This document shows positions 38,523-47,508 of a DNA stretch of 64,000 nucleotides, piece by piece; position 1 is the stretch's first letter, and each line of letters starts with the position of its first letter. The stretch covers positions 3,680,001-3,744,000 of the forward strand of contig OZ244744.1 of the NCBI GenBank assembly GCA_965219455.1, read 5' to 3'. The position numbers and the translations under genes were made by a program. Source of the DNA: Candidatus Latescibacterota bacterium. Lineage in GTDB: Bacteria > Latescibacterota > UBA2968 > GCA-2709665. The notes under the pieces were generated by a model. It saw only the letters and a program-made list of their open reading frames with translations. It had not been told where the DNA came from and searched no databases.

Positions 38523-40271
38523 ATGGAGACAACAATGGTTACAGGCAACGGACGGGTGCAGCGGGAGCGGCGTACCACTTCCGGCAACGGGGCATTGCTG
38601 GTGGTTATCGACAGCGGCGGGCCGTACTGGGAGCGGATGATTGTGGACGAGACGGTTCTGTTGGCGCTGGCGCATTTCGGGATGCCCTATCGGTTGCTGG
38701 ATCTGGCCCAGGAACGGCCGACGCCGGAAGCCTTGAGCCAGTGCGCGGGCATCATCATTGCGCAGAACGGACTGGGCGCGTGTCTGAGCGAAGCGGAGAC
38801 AGCGTTGGTTGCCGACGCGGTTCGCAACGGCGCCGGGCTGGTCAATTTCGATTACGATCTGAGGGCATATAAGGGACCCCTGCTGGAGATTTTCGGGTTC
38901 GACCGGATCAACCCGCATCCGTACGCCACCGATACGGTGCGAATTGCAGATGGGGAGCACTATATCACGCAACTGCAATCCCCTGGTGAATTACACACGT
39001 TCGACCGGATGGTGACGGCAATTGCCGCCGAAAAGTGGGGCGATTCGGTTATGACGCTGGCCGACGGGATACTGGGAAAAGAGCAGTTGATCTATATCCG
39101 GCACCTGGCGCCGTGGAGCGCGTTCGAACCGCGCAACTATCCCCTGGTGTTTGCAACGGAATGGGGAGCGGGTCGGGCGGTACAGTTCACGTTGAATTCC
39201 CGGGTATGGCGGAACGCGTTTTTCGGCCACGCCCGCGGGATGGACGACCTGTTCTGGCGGTCTATCGTATGGACGGCCCGCAAGCCGTTCGCCGCCAATA
39301 TGATTCCGCCGTTTGTGACCATGTCCTGGGACGACTGCGAAGGGCGTCACGATTTCACGTACGCCGAAATCGCGAGTCGCTATGGGTACAAACCGATGCC
39401 CTCCCTGTTTATCAGGAACGTGCCGGAACGACTGTTTCCCAAAATCAGGGCCGGAATCCAGAGCGGAGAAATTCACTACAACAGCCACGCGCTGGACTAC
39501 TATCAACTGCTGATTTACAATTTCGGGAAGGGCGAGTGCTCGCAGGAGGAACTGGAGTCGAACTTCGCCTTTGTGGACGCATTCTGGAAGCGTGTAGGGG
39601 TCTATCCGGGTGCGACGCTGCGATTCCACTGGGGGGAGTACGGGGTGAGGGCGCTGCCCTATCTGAAGGCGCGAGGCCACCGGTTTTTCTGCCCGGCCCT
39701 GCAGACGGGGCTGCACAAGGCCGATATGTGCATGCAGGACGGTTTCTGGCCGTACGGATTGCAGACGTGCTACTACGATTATCTGCCGGACGATCACGAC
39801 TTTTTCGCGTTTGCGGCCATGCTGGCCCGTCACCAGGAGGATTTTCTGACGGGATGCACCCCCTATTTGCGCGAGAATGAAAGGACCGACGTCGAAAAGG
39901 CGGCGGGAAACGCCGCCCGGCAGATTCGCCACGGGTTGCGTGCCGGATTCTACGCGGAGATCGTGACGCACGAGCAGAAATTCGACGCCGTTACCATGGA
40001 CCAATGGGACCGGATTCTGAGTCGAACCGATGCGTTGACGGACGGGTTTGAGAAGGTCTATGCGAGCCACGACGAGATCGGCCATTATCTGCAGGGAAAA
40101 GACGGCGTATGGCTGGAGGAAGTCTCGGTGGGAGGGAGCGCGCTACGGAGAACGCTGGCAGGCAGGACGTCTGCGCAGCTGCGCCTTTCCGTATTTCGTA
40201 ACGTGGGCGATTCAGTCGAACGCGAATACCAGGAAGTTGACGCGTTCGAGGGACGAGCGGAGGTCGGGTGA
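38523..40271 (+). CDS. Hypothetical protein with a GATase-like N-terminus and a polysaccharide-deacetylase-like domain
   Basis: ALAHFGMPYRLLD, VRNGAGLV, GAGRAVQF, MSWDDCEG...HYNSHAL, FHWGE. Confidence 0.65.
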   Translation: METTMVTGNGRVQRERRTTSGNGALLVVIDSGGPYWERMIVDETVLLALAHFGMPYRLLDLAQERPTPEALSQCAGIIIAQNGLGACLSEAETALVADAVRNGAGLVNFDYDLRAYKGPLLEIFGFDRINPHPYATDTVRIADGEHYITQLQSPGELHTFDRMVTAIAAEKWGDSVMTLADGILGKEQLIYIRHLAPWSAFEPRNYPLVFATEWGAGRAVQFTLNSRVWRNAFFGHARGMDDLFWRSIVWTARKPFAANMIPPFVTMSWDDCEGRHDFTYAEIASRYGYKPMPSLFIRNVPERLFPKIRAGIQSGEIHYNSHALDYYQLLIYNFGKGECSQEELESNFAFVDAFWKRVGVYPGATLRFHWGEYGVRALPYLKARGHRFFCPALQTGLHKADMCMQDGFWPYGLQTCYYDYLPDDHDFFAFAAMLARHQEDFLTGCTPYLRENERTDVEKAAGNAARQIRHGLRAGFYAEIVTHEQKFDAVTMDQWDRILSRTDALTDGFEKVYASHDEIGHYLQGKDGVWLEEVSVGGSALRRTLAGRTSAQLRLSVFRNVGDSVEREYQEVDAFEGRAEVG

Positions 40272-40311
40272 TTTTCGCGTAAGCCATCCATAGACAAGGA
40301 GTCGGAGAGCC

Positions 40312-41232
40312 GTGACAGAGATTTTCTTCAACGTTCAGATCGATTGCGAATCCACGCAACGCACGATTAACGACCCCGCGCTGGGCGAGCGGTCGATTCG
40401 GGGACTGGGAGATATCTTTTCAGAGACTGGCGTGAGGGGGACGTTTGTGGTAATCCCCTCGGACATGAGGGTGCACGCCGTGGCGTACCGCGAACTCGAA
40501 GCTCAAGGCCACGAGGTGGGCTTGCATGTCCATCCGGCGGAACAGGGGTACGAAGAGTTCCTGGGCGTGTACGGATTCGAGGAACAGGTGGCAATTCTGA
40601 AGGAAGGCGTGGATCTGTTCGCCGATGCCATGGGACGGCCGCCGGCCGTATTCACGCCCGGTTATTTCTCTGCCAACGACCATACGTTTCCCGCGCTGGA
40701 GGCACTGGGTTTCACGCACGGCACCGTGTCGATGCCAACACGGAACCTGCCGCAATGCGCTTGCGTGTGGGGCGGTTCGCCGCTGGATATCCACTACCCG
40801 CACCGGTATAATCGGTCCCTGGCGGGAGACGTGGATTTCGTGGATATACCGCCCACGGTGGACGTCGAGTCGCGGATGTGGGGCGGGGCGCACCCTCAGG
40901 ACCTGCGCATTGAATTGGTGGACGCGAAGAATCACTGGTATACCATTCACAAAAATGTCAAACGGCAGGTTGAGGCGGGAAGTGAGGTTCCGGTGAAGTA
41001 TCTGAAAGCACTGACGCACAATATTTTCGATTACAGCGATACGCGAGATTTTCGGCGGGAGACAATGCTGGGGGTGGTTTCGTCCGTGCGGGAAATCTGT
41101 GAACGGCAGGGCTGCGCATTCGTTCCCGCAACGGCAGCGGAGATCGCCAGGACCTACCGGACCCGGGTGTCTTTGCCCGAACGCGGAAACCGGCTGCATC
41201 TGGACGTCAGCGGACGCGCGGCCTGGACGTGA
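40312..41232 (+). CDS. Polysaccharide deacetylase (NodB-like) family protein
   Basis: QIDCE, RGTFVV, GHEVGLHVHP, FTPGYFSAND; GTG start with SD ggag. Confidence 0.85.
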   Translation: MTEIFFNVQIDCESTQRTINDPALGERSIRGLGDIFSETGVRGTFVVIPSDMRVHAVAYRELEAQGHEVGLHVHPAEQGYEEFLGVYGFEEQVAILKEGVDLFADAMGRPPAVFTPGYFSANDHTFPALEALGFTHGTVSMPTRNLPQCACVWGGSPLDIHYPHRYNRSLAGDVDFVDIPPTVDVESRMWGGAHPQDLRIELVDAKNHWYTIHKNVKRQVEAGSEVPVKYLKALTHNIFDYSDTRDFRRETMLGVVSSVREICERQGCAFVPATAAEIARTYRTRVSLPERGNRLHLDVSGRAAWT

Positions 41233-41307
41233 GCGCGCGGCCCGGCAGGGCGCCGCCTGTACACCTTCACCTGGGGATACCCGGCGACAGGTACATTAGG
41301 ACACGGG

Positions 41308-41340
41308 AAAGGCCGCCCACAACCAACGGGCGGCCGTTTT
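41308..41340. terminator. Probable bidirectional intrinsic terminator
   Basis: aaa-ggccgccc-acaaccaac-gggcggcc-gtttt between convergent genes. Confidence 0.7.
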
Positions 41341-42235
41341 AATTGCGGAGGGAGTCGTTGGGCACCAGGGTTGCGGCGTTCTTGTAATAGATCTTTTCAA
41401 GGACGTCTTCCGGCAGGTCCAGAGCGGGCAGGAATTCCTGGAGGTCGTTGCCCTTGCCGTCGCGGCCGTAAAGCAAACGATCGGCCCGATGAATGAGGAA
41501 GTCGCGGGCGTGCTCCGGGTCGCGGCGAAGGGCGTTCAGGCCGGATCCGGAGGAAAGGTCCGCGTAGAGGTTGGGATAGTTGTCAAACAGAACATGGAGT
41601 TCGCCGCCGGGGGCTACCGGGCCCGGCGGATAGGATTCCGTCGAGGTCGCAGCGTCGCCGCTGATGTATCGCCAGAAGCCGGGGGCGTGGCCGATAAAGA
41701 CGGTGTCGTGACACGCCTCCAGCGCGCGTTCCAGGTTCCGGATGTCGCCTCCGTACCATCTTTCCTGATACGTTGGGACGCCCTTTTTGTCCGGCAGGTA
41801 AGGCACATCCATGTGGAGCACTACGGGAGCGCCGAGTTCACCGGCGCGACGGAACAGTTGGATGCTGCGAGGGTCGTCGAGCAGGAGGCGATAGCTCCAT
41901 TCGCCGCAGACCCTAACGCCATGCATCCGCCAGGCGGTTTCAAACAGATCGGCGGCCTGGCCCTCGTAGGGACAGGGGCAGTAACCGGCGAGGAAACGGC
42001 CGGGATACCTGTCGCGCGCCGCGAGAATATGATCGAGAGTCGCGCCGGCGTGGGTGCCGTCCGGTCTGTAGTTGAGCGGGCTGAATCCGCCGCCGAAACG
42101 CTGTGCTTCCGGTCCTGGCGGAAGGTACCAGGTGAGCAGCCACGTGACGTCGATGCCATAGGCGTCCATCTCGGCGACGAGACCCGCGGCATCCATCCAC
42201 GTGTAGTTGACGTGCATGTGAGCGTCGATGCGAAT
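41339..42235 (-). CDS. Amidohydrolase_2 family metallohydrolase, probable ATT start
   Basis: (I)RIDAHMH metal motif upstream of the first ATG; CGEW, PVVLHMD, FIGHAPGFW, LYADLS, LLYGRD. Confidence 0.85.
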   Translation of the reverse strand: MRIDAHMHVNYTWMDAAGLVAEMDAYGIDVTWLLTWYLPPGPEAQRFGGGFSPLNYRPDGTHAGATLDHILAARDRYPGRFLAGYCPCPYEGQAADLFETAWRMHGVRVCGEWSYRLLLDDPRSIQLFRRAGELGAPVVLHMDVPYLPDKKGVPTYQERWYGGDIRNLERALEACHDTVFIGHAPGFWRYISGDAATSTESYPPGPVAPGGELHVLFDNYPNLYADLSSGSGLNALRRDPEHARDFLIHRADRLLYGRDGKGNDLQEFLPALDLPEDVLEKIYYKNAATLVPNDSLRN

Positions 42236-42239
42236 TGGC

Positions 42240-43085
42240 TTACTCCAGGTTCAGGATTGAGAGGCTGTCCCGATAGATCACCGATTCGATTTCGTCCGCG
42301 TCCAGGCGTGGCAGTGCGGTGCCTTCAAGCATGGTGTTTAAATTTCGAAGGCCGGAAAGCGAGGCGTCAATGGTTGTAAAGGGATAGTCGGTGCCAAAGA
42401 GCAGTTTGTCCCAGACACCGTATTCCTGCACCAGCATCAGGCTGTGGTAAAGCTGGAAGGGACGATAGTGAAGGGCGCTGACGTCGGCGTAGACGTTGGG
42501 ATGTTTTCGAACTACGGCAACGCATTCGCCTTCGTAAGGATGCCCCAGATGCGCCAGGATGATCTTGACGTCGGGAAAACGAATGGCGACCGGATCCAGG
42601 TGGCGGGGAAGCGTACATTCCAGGGGCGCCTGAGCGACAAAGGTGGTGCCGGTGTGAAGAAGTACAGGCAGGTCGTGTTCCTGAGCGTAACGCCAGAGCG
42701 GATCCAGCGATGGGTCGTCCGGTCTGAAGCCGGCGTACATGGAGAGCAGCTTTATCCCTTTGAGGCCGAGGTCCCGGTGGCCTTCTCTCAGTTCGTCCTG
42801 CCAGGCCTCCTGGGTGGGGTCGACCGACAGGAAGCCGATAAGCGTATCCGGGTTTTCAGCCACGCGGTCCGCCACGTAGCGATCGTCTATCCACATTCCG
42901 CTCAGTTTGGCCTTGCCGCCGAATACGATCGTGCGTACCTGTTCGCCCGCCTGTTTCCGGTAGCTTTCATAGCTGGCTGAGAGGTCAATTTCCGCGTCGC
43001 CCCGGGCCCGCGTGGCCTGACGTTGGAACTGCTCGGTGAAGTGTTGGGGATACCGGAAAACGTGGGCGTGCACGTCGATAATCAT
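42240..43085 (-). CDS. Amidohydrolase_2 family metallohydrolase
   Basis: MIIDVHAH, LKGIKL, PVLLHTG, ILAHLGHP, NVYADVS, LLFGTDYP. Confidence 0.93.
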   Translation of the reverse strand: MIIDVHAHVFRYPQHFTEQFQRQATRARGDAEIDLSASYESYRKQAGEQVRTIVFGGKAKLSGMWIDDRYVADRVAENPDTLIGFLSVDPTQEAWQDELREGHRDLGLKGIKLLSMYAGFRPDDPSLDPLWRYAQEHDLPVLLHTGTTFVAQAPLECTLPRHLDPVAIRFPDVKIILAHLGHPYEGECVAVVRKHPNVYADVSALHYRPFQLYHSLMLVQEYGVWDKLLFGTDYPFTTIDASLSGLRNLNTMLEGTALPRLDADEIESVIYRDSLSILNLE

Positions 43086-43172
43086 AGGTACTGACCTTCG
43101 GATCGGGAGCCGCGTACGGATACCGTCCGTGATCCCGCGGTTGTCGTAAGTGTCACGCTCGACCGCCGTCGT

Positions 43173-44183
43173 TCAAATCGAATCGGCCCTGATCAGGGTT
43201 TCTTCGTCGCTCTCGATTCGTAGCGGGTTCTTCAACGGTCTGCCGAAGCCGTTCCAGGAGACCACCATCACGTCTCCGTCTTCCAGTTCGATGCCGGCCC
43301 CGAAACTGAAGGCGTCCGCGCCCAGAAAGTAGATGTGTGCATCGTCCGGGCGGCGGTGCTGCGGGTACTTGAAGTGGTGGTGCTCCAGGTTGGCCAGGCT
43401 GTGAGCCATATTGGCCTGGCCGGTTGCTACGGATCGGGACCAGATGGCGCTCCCGTTTCGTTCAACTGAGACCACTCCGTTGACATTCTCGAAATCGGGA
43501 TCGAGGATGAGTTCAGGGCCGAGCGAGCAGGTTCGCAGCTTTGAGGGCGCCAGATAGAGATAGTTTTTCTTTTCGGTGACGTGGTCGGAGAATTCGTTGC
43601 CGATGGCGAGGCCGATGCGCCTGGGGTTGCCTTCCGTATCGATAATATAGGCCCCCGCGATTTCGGGTTCTTCGCCACCGTCGCCCGCGAAGGCCGGCAC
43701 GTCCAGGGGTTCACCATGCGCACGAAGGATGGTGCCGGTTCCTTTATAGAACCACTCGGGCGGTACGCCGACGTTTCCGGACTCCGGTCTGCCACCTTGC
43801 AGACCCCATCGGTACATTCGCATGCTGTCGGTGATTTGTGTTTCGCCGGGCGCGTCCTGTTCGTGCATGGCCTGGCGGTTGTCAACGCTGGCCCGGTGCG
43901 TCAGCCCGGTGCCTGCCACCAGGCAGCGGGTGGGTTCACCCGGGTGATCGTACGCGGGCAGAAGCTTCCATTCGGACCGTCCGTGGTAGATGGCGTCGTA
44001 GTCCTGAAAGTCGCTTCCGAGCTTTGTTTCAATTTCCGTGTGCAGGGCGTTACCGGATTGCAGAACGAGGCTCGCCATGCCGTGAATTGACGTGTATCCG
44101 TCAATCAGCCGGCAATGGTCGCTGTCGACCGCGGCAATGCGCCGCCCTGCTTCGGGATGGATCAGCTGTACCAATCTGAACAT
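43173..44183 (-). CDS. araD1: AraD1/GguC family protein (fumarylacetoacetate hydrolase fold; sugar-acid catabolism)
   Basis: GTGLTH, TDSMRMY.WGLQGGRP, PEWFYKGTG, DGGEEPEI, GNEFSDH..EKKNYLYLAPSKLR, NLEHHHFKY. Confidence 0.88.
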   Translation of the reverse strand: MFRLVQLIHPEAGRRIAAVDSDHCRLIDGYTSIHGMASLVLQSGNALHTEIETKLGSDFQDYDAIYHGRSEWKLLPAYDHPGEPTRCLVAGTGLTHRASVDNRQAMHEQDAPGETQITDSMRMYRWGLQGGRPESGNVGVPPEWFYKGTGTILRAHGEPLDVPAFAGDGGEEPEIAGAYIIDTEGNPRRIGLAIGNEFSDHVTEKKNYLYLAPSKLRTCSLGPELILDPDFENVNGVVSVERNGSAIWSRSVATGQANMAHSLANLEHHHFKYPQHRRPDDAHIYFLGADAFSFGAGIELEDGDVMVVSWNGFGRPLKNPLRIESDEETLIRADSI

Positions 44184-44252
44184 GGGAGTCCCGGTGTCGT
44201 TTCACGTCCGTCGCCATCCGTTTCCGGATCGCACTTCGGTTCCGGATGGTGG

Positions 44253-46361
44253 TTACAATTCGCGCTCGGTGAGACCCGCAAGGTTCGTACCAATCAGAGG
44301 CAACCCGTTGTACGAGACGTTGCCGCCGTCAAGTACCGCGACATGGACCGGTCGTTTATCCTGAAAGGATAGAACGCAGACCCTTCCGCTGAAGGACAGG
44401 CCGTCGCACTCAACGGCCACGCCCTCCCTGCCGTAAACGACGAGATCGATTCGGTCGCCGCGACGGATTTGGACGCCTCGTGCAACTTCGGGGCGGCATA
44501 TTTCCCCGCCGAGATTGGTTGAGCGCCGCGTAACTTTGACGTTTTCCGGCTCGGTTTTGAAGGGGACGAGGGCAATATCAAACACAACGGCGTTGGCGTC
44601 TTCCCCCCTGATCCATTTCTGAAGACCTATCCAGTATCGATTGGGATGGCTGCCTGGCGCACCGTCTTTGGCTTCGTACGAGGTGCCTCGACGGAGGTGA
44701 TGAATCTCCGAGGGCTTTGCGGCCACAACCTGGAGTCCGGGGCGGCCGGAGGTGACCGCGCGGGCCCGGCTTCCTTTCCACCTGGTCGGTGCGTGGAGGT
44801 ACCAGGTGTAGGCGTGGTGTTGGGGACCTTCGAAGACAGCATCCGAAACCAGAAAGGTATCGGGTTTGAGAAACGTGACGCGGCGTTCGATACGGGTGCC
44901 GTATTGCTTCTCGTAGGCCCGGTGGGTCGCGGAAAAATAATCCAGAGTCCTTCCAGTCGCCCAGGCGACGTCCTCGGCCCGGTGATGAACGCGGTCCATC
45001 GGCGCGTCGTTGACGACAACCTGGTTGTGCGCCTGGGCAGAACGAAAATACTGGTCGAGCGGGTTGTCGTAGGGACCCCAGCGGTTGGCCTCTACGGCCA
45101 GCGGTTTTCCGAAGCCGTAGAGAGCGAAATCGAGCAGGTCGTTGTGGGTATGGCCGCCGCCCCAGGGCCCGTAGTTGACGATCAGGTAACGGGCATCCGC
45201 ACGCCAGTCGGAACGCATTACGGCAAAGCCCGAGGGGCGCGTGTCTATTGACGTGTATCCGGGTTTCTTCGGTCGGATGTGCGAATCGGCCTGGACGCGG
45301 TTGCGTACTGGCCATAAATACCTGCCATCTCCGGTAAATTCGGAGCCTCGTTTGAAAATACCGTCCTGTCGTCCGAAACCGCCGTCGTTGAAACCCTGCG
45401 ATTCCCCCAGTGGGGTGGTGGTGGACAAAAACCAGTCGTACATCCCAACGATGCGATCGCGCAGGTCGGTTTCGATACTGATCGAAGGAATCCGCTCCGA
45501 GAATGTCAGAAGATCCTCGCTCATGCGGGCGCACCAGGCGCCATAACCGGAGGCGCGTTCGTGGTGGCAGCCATCGGCGTAAAAGTCTCTCTCAACGTGT
45601 TCCAGAAGGCGTTGTACGCCCATTTTGACCCAGCTTCCGGCTTCTTTGAATTCCGGGAAGAGGCCCCCCGCGTAGACCAGGGCCCACGAGCCGCACATCT
45701 GCCAGTTCCCGCTGCGATAGCCATCGTCTTTTTCGAGAAGATAGAGCCAGCGACAGGCCCCCAGAATGGATTTTAACAGCCGCAGATGGGTGATCGGCCG
45801 CAGGATGCCGGTGGACCGATATGCAAAGTAGTGGTCGATAAACCGGGGTGTGCGCCCACCCAGCCCGAGTTCGTAAAAGATGACGTCGTGGTTGCCGGGA
45901 TTGTCTATACTGTTTCGTTGTGCGTACCACTGGTTGAACAAATCGTCAAAGCATTCCACGTATCGGGAATCCCCGGTTTGCCCAAATGCGACCCGCAGGC
46001 ATTCGGACCAGCCCCAGTAGTGGGTGCCGTAGATGCCCGAGCGTCCCCACTTTGCGTTGAAGTCGACCGTTTTTCCGAATTTGTACGTCAGGTCGTGCCA
46101 CCCCTTGATCTCGTGTGCGACGACGCGTTCGGCTTCCTGAATGCATTTCGGGTCGGGTCTGTCGCCGGTAGGTTCGACCATATTGAGGGGTTCTTTCCGC
46201 GCGGAAAAGTAATCCCCCCAGGCAGCGGCCGATTTTTTCCACTTTCCGGCTTTCACGGCCTTGAGGACGGGTTTCAGCTGTGTCTCCTTGAGGTCAATCG
46301 CCGCAAAGAGGTCTTTGTTGGAGATGGAACGCATTTTTGAGCGGCTGATTTTTGGTGGCAT
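44253..46361 (-). CDS. Heparinase II/III family polysaccharide lyase
   Basis: GNWQ, DFYADGCHHERASGY, SGFAVMRSDW, GGHTHNDLL, FRSAQAHNQVVVN; start ATG 46361 with SD gagg; no signal peptide. Confidence 0.88.
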   Translation of the reverse strand: MPPKISRSKMRSISNKDLFAAIDLKETQLKPVLKAVKAGKWKKSAAAWGDYFSARKEPLNMVEPTGDRPDPKCIQEAERVVAHEIKGWHDLTYKFGKTVDFNAKWGRSGIYGTHYWGWSECLRVAFGQTGDSRYVECFDDLFNQWYAQRNSIDNPGNHDVIFYELGLGGRTPRFIDHYFAYRSTGILRPITHLRLLKSILGACRWLYLLEKDDGYRSGNWQMCGSWALVYAGGLFPEFKEAGSWVKMGVQRLLEHVERDFYADGCHHERASGYGAWCARMSEDLLTFSERIPSISIETDLRDRIVGMYDWFLSTTTPLGESQGFNDGGFGRQDGIFKRGSEFTGDGRYLWPVRNRVQADSHIRPKKPGYTSIDTRPSGFAVMRSDWRADARYLIVNYGPWGGGHTHNDLLDFALYGFGKPLAVEANRWGPYDNPLDQYFRSAQAHNQVVVNDAPMDRVHHRAEDVAWATGRTLDYFSATHRAYEKQYGTRIERRVTFLKPDTFLVSDAVFEGPQHHAYTWYLHAPTRWKGSRARAVTSGRPGLQVVAAKPSEIHHLRRGTSYEAKDGAPGSHPNRYWIGLQKWIRGEDANAVVFDIALVPFKTEPENVKVTRRSTNLGGEICRPEVARGVQIRRGDRIDLVVYGREGVAVECDGLSFSGRVCVLSFQDKRPVHVAVLDGGNVSYNGLPLIGTNLAGLTEREL

Positions 46362-46503
46362 GGGTCGAAACCTCGGGATCTCCACGTTCTCGATGGAGAT
46401 GGAAGGGGTGAACTCAAGTTCTTGGCTTAATGCGCTTGCGGTAGGAATGTACGATCGGCGAGGCCAAGTCAAGGACAAAGCGCGGGCAATACCGGTGGCC
46501 GGC

Positions 46504-46542
46504 AAAAAGAAAACGGGCTTCCGATGCCTCGCGGAGGCCGTT
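46504..46542 (-). terminator. Probable intrinsic terminator
   Basis: aacgggcttccg...cggaggccgtt stem with an A-run on the + strand (U-tract on the - strand). Confidence 0.6.
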
Positions 46543-46613
46543 ATTGGAGTCTTTCCCGGTTCGGCTGAATCATTTCAAGGCAGAAGGAGGAGCGGGGGCA
46601 TCCGTTTGCGCTT

Positions 46614-47321
46614 TCAGGCATGGCCCAGAGCGCTTACGGAATGTTGGATGATGCGGGCGGCGGATTCGAGGCATGTTCGGCCGGTATTCACAACGATATG
46701 ATACAGTACCGGATCGTCCCAGTTGATGTGGTAGTTGTTTCTGAGGTAGGCGGCCCGGCGTCTGTCACTTTTCTGAATCAGTTCTATGGCCTCTTTACGG
46801 GTACGCAGGTTGTGCCGTTCCAGGACGACCTGGATGCGTTTCTCCATGGGAGCCACGGTGCGGACATGCAGCGTATCGGGGACATCCCGAAGGATGGCCT
46901 GGCCCCCTCGGCCTACGATGATTACCCTGTCCCGTTTCCGGAGTCGATCGATGGTGGCTTGAAGAAATCTGAGATAGTCCCGCTGGTCCAGAAGATGTTT
47001 TTCCTCGCTGATCGTCGCGTCGTTGGCCAGAAGCGCGGCCGATACTTCGTAGGGAAACTCCAGCCCCCACAGCATGGCGGGGGGCGTCGGAACCGACCGC
47101 GACGGCACGATCAGGCTGTGGATGAATCGTTTGACCGCGCTATGCGTTTGCTCGTCGAATTTTTCGACTTCCGATTCGGGCACATTGGCTTCTCTCGCGA
47201 CTTCCGTGATGAGGTCTTTGTCCACGAAGTCGCAGCTGAGAATTTCCGATGCCCGACGGGCGACCAGATCTCCAATACTGCCGAGCTGGCGTGAGACGGT
47301 TATAACGGCCACGCGAGTCAT
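46614..47321 (-). CDS. Cytidylate kinase-like family protein
   Basis: VITVSRQLGSIG, FVDKDLI, IIVGRGG, SDRRRAAY, YHIVVNT. Confidence 0.88.
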   Translation of the reverse strand: MTRVAVITVSRQLGSIGDLVARRASEILSCDFVDKDLITEVAREANVPESEVEKFDEQTHSAVKRFIHSLIVPSRSVPTPPAMLWGLEFPYEVSAALLANDATISEEKHLLDQRDYLRFLQATIDRLRKRDRVIIVGRGGQAILRDVPDTLHVRTVAPMEKRIQVVLERHNLRTRKEAIELIQKSDRRRAAYLRNNYHINWDDPVLYHIVVNTGRTCLESAARIIQHSVSALGHA

Positions 47322-47376
47322 CCTGTGCGGTCGGGCGACGGATCAGGAGCGCGCGGGCTCGCCCGGACACCGCTCA

Positions 47377-47508
47377 AGAAGCTGTTTTAAAATTCCTGGT
47401 GAGTTCCAGAGCGCGAGCGAAGATGCGGCGGTCAAGGTGGGTTTGACCAACGCCGACCGGCGCTTTTGCAGCCGCGCGAAGACCGCTGGGGATTTTAAAA
47501 CAGCTTCT
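47377..47508. mobile_element. 132-bp MITE-like element
   Basis: Perfect 17-bp terminal inverted repeats agaagctgttttaaaat / attttaaaacagcttct; internal ggtcaa...ttgacc hairpin; no coding capacity. Confidence 0.8.
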
